A stretch of DNA of 64,000 nt, from assembly GCA_963708185.1 (NCBI GenBank), contig OY970195.1:320001-384000 (forward strand). The letters run 5' to 3'. Numbering within the stretch: the stretch's first letter is position 1; each line of letters opens with the position of its first letter. The notes beneath the pieces were generated by a model. The model worked only from the letters and a program-made list of their open reading frames with translations, searched no databases and was not told the DNA's origin. Of the stretch, positions 56,191-64,000 are shown piece after piece. This DNA is from Candidatus Peregrinibacteria bacterium (GTDB lineage Bacteria; Patescibacteriota; Gracilibacteria; UBA1369). Made by a program: the position numbers and the translations under genes.

Positions 56191-57287
56191 AGCAGGTCTC
56201 GGGTTATTTTGTCGATGATAAGGAATCCTTCATCGGTCGGACTCAGGAATCGTCCGTCCAAAACAAGTTCTTTGCTTTCTAGATAGGGTTGCGCCTTTTT
56301 GAGCAATTCGGATGTTTTTTTGAATCTCTTTTTGAATTCGGACGTGTCGATACCGCGTTTTGTTCGCAAACGAAGCATGATGTAATCGAGTTCACGCAGT
56401 TCAGCGTCCATGGGAACCTCTTCGTTCATATCGTCGGGGGTCGACAAATACCGGTCGAAGTCCCTCGTGTTTTCGGTACATTTGTCATTGATATAGGAGT
56501 GTGCGCCGATGCCGAGCCCAACGTACTCTTTTTGGCTCCAGTATCTTAAATTATGTTGGCATTCATAGCCGGGTTTTGCGTAGTTCGAAACTTCATAATG
56601 GTTGTATCCTGCTTTTCTTAAACGCGTGACAAGGTGTTCGTACATGGCGACCTGTACGTCGTCGTTGGGGCAGTCCGCTTTGAAAAGATCGATCTTTTTC
56701 GTGTCATAGGACAAGAAATAAAAAGAAAGGTGGGGGATATTGAGATCGAGGATTGTTGAGAGCTGGGTCTTGAAGTGTTGGAGCGTCTGGTGGGGGAGTC
56801 CGAGGATGAAGTCCGCACCGTAATTTTTCATGGGGGAACTGCGGATGGCATCAAGGGCTTTGAAGATGGTTTTGTCATCATGCGGACGGGCGATGCGGAA
56901 AAGAATTTTTTTGTCGAAATTCTGGATGCCGAGGGAGACGCGGGTTACTCCAGCTTGGTGATAGATCCTAAGTTTTTTTTCGTCGATGCTTTCCGGGTTG
57001 CATTCAATGGAGATTTCCGGTTTTTTTTGTATGTTAAAGCTGTGCCTGATGCATTGAAGGATATCCTCGATATAATGAGCTTCGATCAAACTCGGCGTTC
57101 CGCCACCGAAGTACAAGGTTTCGACCTGGTAATCCCGGAGTTCTTTAGACTTCAGCCCTATCTCTTTTTTGAGCGCTTCGACGTAATCAGGTATGAATTT
57201 GTTTTTATGGGCGAACGTCAGGAAATTACAATAGAGACAGATTGTTTTGCAAAAGGGGATATGGATGTAGAGAGAAAGGTCTTTCAT
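56187..57287 (-). CDS. hemW: Radical SAM HemN/HemW-family protein
   Basis: LYIHIPFCKTICLYC, FGGGTPS, YEVSNYA and HNLRYW motifs. Confidence 0.88.
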   Translation of the reverse strand: MKDLSLYIHIPFCKTICLYCNFLTFAHKNKFIPDYVEALKKEIGLKSKELRDYQVETLYFGGGTPSLIEAHYIEDILQCIRHSFNIQKKPEISIECNPESIDEKKLRIYHQAGVTRVSLGIQNFDKKILFRIARPHDDKTIFKALDAIRSSPMKNYGADFILGLPHQTLQHFKTQLSTILDLNIPHLSFYFLSYDTKKIDLFKADCPNDDVQVAMYEHLVTRLRKAGYNHYEVSNYAKPGYECQHNLRYWSQKEYVGLGIGAHSYINDKCTENTRDFDRYLSTPDDMNEEVPMDAELRELDYIMLRLRTKRGIDTSEFKKRFKKTSELLKKAQPYLESKELVLDGRFLSPTDEGFLIIDKITRDLL

Positions 57288-57354
57288 GGTTGGTTCGATT
57301 GGATTGAAGCCGTTTTTATGCTATAATGATAGAAAGTTAACACACCTTCATAAT

Positions 57355-57606
57355 ATGGATCGTATTTTTGCAGCAGTCATCGGGATTCCCCTGGGGTTCC
57401 TCATGATGATCTACAGGTATCACCTTAAACAGTTTACAGGTCCTATTCAATGGGCAGAACAATATTTGGGGTCCGGAGGAACCTATAATCTTTTCATCAT
57501 TGTCGGTTTGTTGATTTCGATCGTTTCACTCATGTACGCTTTGGGTACGATTCAGGATCTTTTTACCAGCGGATTGGGTCCTATTTTCGGTGTCGGACAG
57601 AGCTAA
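57355..57606 (+). CDS. Small membrane protein
   Basis: Two hydrophobic segments around WAEQYLGSGGTY; TGcTATAAT promoter upstream. Confidence 0.7.
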   Translation: MDRIFAAVIGIPLGFLMMIYRYHLKQFTGPIQWAEQYLGSGGTYNLFIIVGLLISIVSLMYALGTIQDLFTSGLGPIFGVGQS

Positions 57607-57637
57607 AACCCTTCAGGAGAATTTCGTTAAAAATTTC

Positions 57638-57666
57638 TTGACTTCAGGTGACTGCTTACTTATAAT
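57638..57666 (+). promoter_or_regulatory. 23S-5S rRNA promoter
   Basis: TTGACT-17 nt-TATAAT; boxA-like TGTTCTTTAACA at 57806-57817. Confidence 0.7.
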
Positions 57667-57946
57667 GCAGTGGCCTCAATTTGAGATTGAGATTTACTGA
57701 ATGGTTTTTACCTCACAAATTTCGCCCATATCCCTAAGCTTAAAGTGCTGATTTCACTTGGTCAGGACTTTGAGTTGAGGGGTGTGTGCGAACACATCCC
57801 TTTTTTGTTCTTTAACAATTGGGCCTCAAAAGAATGATTGATAAATCAATCTGTAATTTCATTTGAGAGTTATTCAATAAACAATAGTATCATACTCAAT
57901 ATTAGCTGCGAGTATTCACTCACAGCTAGTTAAATGGATGATATCA

Positions 57947-61060
<3,114 letters not shown>

Positions 61061-61241
61061 GATTTCATCTTTATGTACATCTGTCAGTACTTAGTCCCGC
61101 GTTAAAACGGGATTGAGTACTGACAATCATGTACTCGTTTAACTAGCTTTGAGTGCAGACAAGCTAGAGAAATTACAGACATTTATCATTCAGTCTGCGA
61201 GGCCCTTGTTAAAACATTCAGGCCAGTGCTAAAAGGCACTG

Positions 61242-61358
61242 TCTTGGCAGCTCTAGAGAGTGGGTCACACCTGTTCCCATCCCGAACACAGCAGTTAAGC
61301 CACTCTTCGCCGATGATACTCATAGTATAACTAAGGGGAAAGTAGGGCGCTGCCAGGA
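61242..61358 (+). rRNA. rrf: 5S ribosomal RNA
   Basis: TCTTGGCAG...CACCTGTTCCCATCCCGAACACAGCAGTTAAG...GAAAGTAGG...CTGCCAGGA. Confidence 0.93.
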
Positions 61359-61380
61359 CAGTGCTTTTTAAATTGACTTT

Positions 61381-61947
61381 CTAAGCGTTCCCACCCACGG
61401 TTGCTGCTTCAATAATGCGTTTTTCACAGACTTGCTGGATGGCGTCGCAATTGGCGACATCAGTGACGACGATGGGTTTGACCACGTCATCGGGTTTGGG
61501 GGTCAGTTCAACGGTACCTTTTTTTCCGTCGGAGGTGCGGGAGATGCTTTCATGGAAATGTTTCCAGGGAACACTGTTCACTTTTTGTTTTTGGAGAAGG
61601 GCGATTCTTTTGTCCGTTCCCACAAACCAAACCTGGTTCCAGAAAATCGCTTTCAGGGAATCGATCATGACGATGATCGCCAGGATGAAAAGCAGCGCAA
61701 AAATGACGATGACCAAGGACCTGGGGAGCCCGAGGTCGAAGTTGATGCTCTCTCCCACGAAAATATAGTTGGTAAGCGTACCTCCGAAAGCAAGGATGAC
61801 CGTCACGAAAACGAGTGAGACTATCAACATCAAGACCCCAAGCACCAGCGGGATTTTTCGTTTTGCCTTCACGGCGAAATCGATTTTTTCGTTCGGAAAA
61901 AGAGCTCGTAAGTTACCGGCAATTTGCGGATCGATAAGTTCGGCCAT
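61381..61947 (-). CDS. Hypothetical two-TM membrane protein
   Basis: Two hydrophobic helices followed by a soluble beta-rich C-terminus (W..GTDKR). Confidence 0.7.
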   Translation of the reverse strand: MAELIDPQIAGNLRALFPNEKIDFAVKAKRKIPLVLGVLMLIVSLVFVTVILAFGGTLTNYIFVGESINFDLGLPRSLVIVIFALLFILAIIVMIDSLKAIFWNQVWFVGTDKRIALLQKQKVNSVPWKHFHESISRTSDGKKGTVELTPKPDDVVKPIVVTDVANCDAIQQVCEKRIIEAATVGGNA

Positions 61948-61960
61948 TCGACTGTGGATT

Positions 61961-62401
61961 TTAGCTTTCTTTTACTTTTCTTTGTCCGTATATCGCCGCG
62001 ACGCCCTGAGAAGTTTCTCCCTGTTGCTTTATGACCACGGTGGATGTTGCCGGAGGGGTTGGAGTGGGAACAATTTGTCCTGATTCCACACCTTCAACAT
62101 ATTCCCTGAAGTCAGAGCATTCGTTGAAGAACTGTTGGCGGACTCCAGTTGCATTTTCTGTTATCCCTATGAGTTTTCTCCATGAAATTGAATATTCTCC
62201 GCCGTTTTCCTTGTTCATTCTTTCTTCGTTTTCAAGCCATTCAAAAATTGACGTTTTTAACTCATGTTGCATCGAGAAAGCCAAGGCATTGGTTATTCCT
62301 CTGATCTGGATCAAAGCTCGTTCGTTTTTGAGCTGAAGTCTTCCACTCCCGGATTCAATCGTGGATGATCTTTGAGGTTCGGAGGCAAGGGGCTTTGACA
62401 T
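61961..62401 (-). CDS. Hypothetical protein
   Basis: 146-aa ORF, co-oriented. Confidence 0.55.
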   Translation of the reverse strand: MSKPLASEPQRSSTIESGSGRLQLKNERALIQIRGITNALAFSMQHELKTSIFEWLENEERMNKENGGEYSISWRKLIGITENATGVRQQFFNECSDFREYVEGVESGQIVPTPTPPATSTVVIKQQGETSQGVAAIYGQRKVKES

Positions 62402-62482
62402 AGGTGGAGGTTAGGGATAGTTGATTCTATACCATTTCTTTCTGAAAATGCAAGCATTTTCGTGACAAAACGTTGAGGGGCG

Positions 62483-64000
62483 TTAAGGGGCTTTATCGAT
62501 GTCTAAAAGGATAATACGATGTTCGCCTCTGGCATTATACGCTTTGATTTCAGTATGGGCTTCTTCGGCGTTGTCCATGAGCGCAATGAGCTGGAGGATC
62601 CGTTCGCGGTGGTGCTGTTGGATCTGTCCGATGGCAATCTCCGGAAGCGTGAATTCGCTGACGGAGCCGGCTATGCGGATATTGTTATCGACGGAAAATT
62701 GGAGAAGTTCACGTTGGGGGTCCTGGATTTTTTCTTTGAGTTCTGGAACGTTTTTTCCGGTGTAGACTACGCGTGTCTCGTCACCTCCATCGGCATCAAT
62801 CACCGGGCTGCCGCCATAAAGACGGTACATTTTTTCTTCAACACTTCTGAGATAGCCGGTCCCGATGTCGTCGAACGAAAGCATTTTTGCCACGAATTGG
62901 GGGTGTTCATGGAGGGCTTCCAGTTTGTTTTCAAGAATGCCGTTCAGTTTTTCCTTATCAATAGTCTGGCCGTCGATATCGACGGCTCTCCATTCTTCGT
63001 TGGTAATGCCGAGCATGTTGATCATGTCGATGGCGCATTGTTCGTATGCAGACTGGTTGAGCGCTCCAAAGCCGATGTTGTCGCCAAAGATCATGATTTT
63101 CAGGCCGGGTTCCATCATGGCTTTGATCGCGGCGCGGGTGGTACGAACCTTGTCTTCCACAGGCGAGTCGTTTTTGAGGGAAACTTCCAATGCTTTGGAG
63201 GTGTGTTCCAGGAGCGTTCGGATTTTTTCTTCATCCTGTGAGTCTTCCCTGAGCGTTTTTTCGGCTGAATTGATCAAACTGATGATACGGTGGATGTCGG
63301 AGAGGTAGAGGTCGATACTTTCCGTCTGGAAGTTTTTGAGAAAGTCGACGATGTTAATCGTTTTGTAGTATCGGTCGAAAAATTTTATTTTTTCGTCGAA
63401 CTGTTGACGTTCTTCTTCCGACATGGCGAGATAAGTGTCGCCCTTGCGGTACTTATCGATGTGACGGTAGATGTTGATCATTTGTGGGTTCATTCTCACG
63501 TAACCGTTTTCGTCCAGAACGAAACAGGCTTCCCATTCGGGACGGATTGAGCCTTCCGCGTTCAGGACGTTTCCGAGGTTGTATTGGGCTTTGATGAGAT
63601 GCTTGAAGAGTTCCTTGTGGCTGTATTCGCGCATATAGACGTACGGCACTCCGTTTTTTCTTCCGTTCCCGTTGAGGACGTCGGGGTCCAGTTTTTGGAG
63701 CGTCGCGATGTTCGCTGCACACTCGGCATTGCGGATGGCGAGGTAACTGTTCATATGGCCTCCCTTGAGTTTGTCCAGTCCGATGGCGATGTCGATGCTT
63801 TTTTCTCCGCTTTCGATCAATGCGGTGGTGTCCTCAATCTCGCGGATGTTTTCTTCCAGTTTGCGGATCTCTTTGGAAAGTGTCTTGATATGGTCTTCGG
63901 TTTCCTGGGTGGTATTGCCTTCTGTTTCATTTTTTTGGCTTGCATAAAAACGTTCCTGGGATTTTCCAGCGTGCTTTTTCTCCAAAAGTAAGCGGCGTTT
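62483..64000 (-). CDS. Large protein with degenerate GGDEF-like C-terminus; 5' end lies outside the window
   Basis: Frame stays open to 64000. Motifs IFGDNIGFGALN...ADGGDET...MDNAEEAHTEIK. Confidence 0.6.
   Translation of the reverse strand, partial: KRRLLLEKKHAGKSQERFYASQKNETEGNTTQETEDHIKTLSKEIRKLEENIREIEDTTALIESGEKSIDIAIGLDKLKGGHMNSYLAIRNAECAANIATLQKLDPDVLNGNGRKNGVPYVYMREYSHKELFKHLIKAQYNLGNVLNAEGSIRPEWEACFVLDENGYVRMNPQMINIYRHIDKYRKGDTYLAMSEEERQQFDEKIKFFDRYYKTINIVDFLKNFQTESIDLYLSDIHRIISLINSAEKTLREDSQDEEKIRTLLEHTSKALEVSLKNDSPVEDKVRTTRAAIKAMMEPGLKIMIFGDNIGFGALNQSAYEQCAIDMINMLGITNEEWRAVDIDGQTIDKEKLNGILENKLEALHEHPQFVAKMLSFDDIGTGYLRSVEEKMYRLYGGSPVIDADGGDETRVVYTGKNVPELKEKIQDPQRELLQFSVDNNIRIAGSVSEFTLPEIAIGQIQQHHRERILQLIALMDNAEEAHTEIKAYNARGEHRIILLDIDKAP

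Noticed and set aside
61082-61125. Strong hairpin between 23S and 5S as a separate element
   Set aside because: It lies inside the 23S trailer and processing-stem region; most simply a spacer structure.

Overview
Chromosomal segment of a bacterium that looks like a Patescibacteria/CPR lineage, most likely Peregrinibacteria-like. This placement is an inference from the divergent 16S/23S, SLH-domain surface proteins, a stand-alone VirB4-like ATPase, a prepilin peptidase and many orphan ORFs. TGA is used as a stop, so the code is standard 11. Housekeeping genes include secD (truncated at the left edge), manC, gpmI, pilD, ruvC/ruvA, pyk, glmS, purQ, tgt, rpmE, gyrA, gyrB, rpsU, prmC, prfA, nadB, tatD, radA, mutM, rimK, clpP and hemW. 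There are four tRNAs (Lys-CTT, Leu-TAA, Ala-TGC, Ile-GAT) and an rRNA set in which 16S and 23S-5S are separated by about 4.2 kb of tRNA and protein genes; each rRNA has its own promoter, boxA and processing stem. Most notable: (1) an unexplained ~400-nt GC-rich multi-hairpin element with paired termini at 48301-48697 that embeds a small ORF, upstream of rimK; (2) a ~1177-aa protein with a pre-toxin-TG-like segment, near a VirB4-like ATPase with a long disordered N-terminus; (3) SecD with parvulin PPIase domains inserted; (4) a PurQ with two PurS-like C-terminal repeats; (5) a ~95-nt hairpin insertion in 23S helix 45; (6) a tRNA-Ala minihelix-like duplication; (7) a large class III cyclase and a degenerate GGDEF protein. 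Two single-base homopolymer frameshifts may be assembly errors. No CRISPR array, transposase or integrase was seen. All calls are by eye, without database searches.
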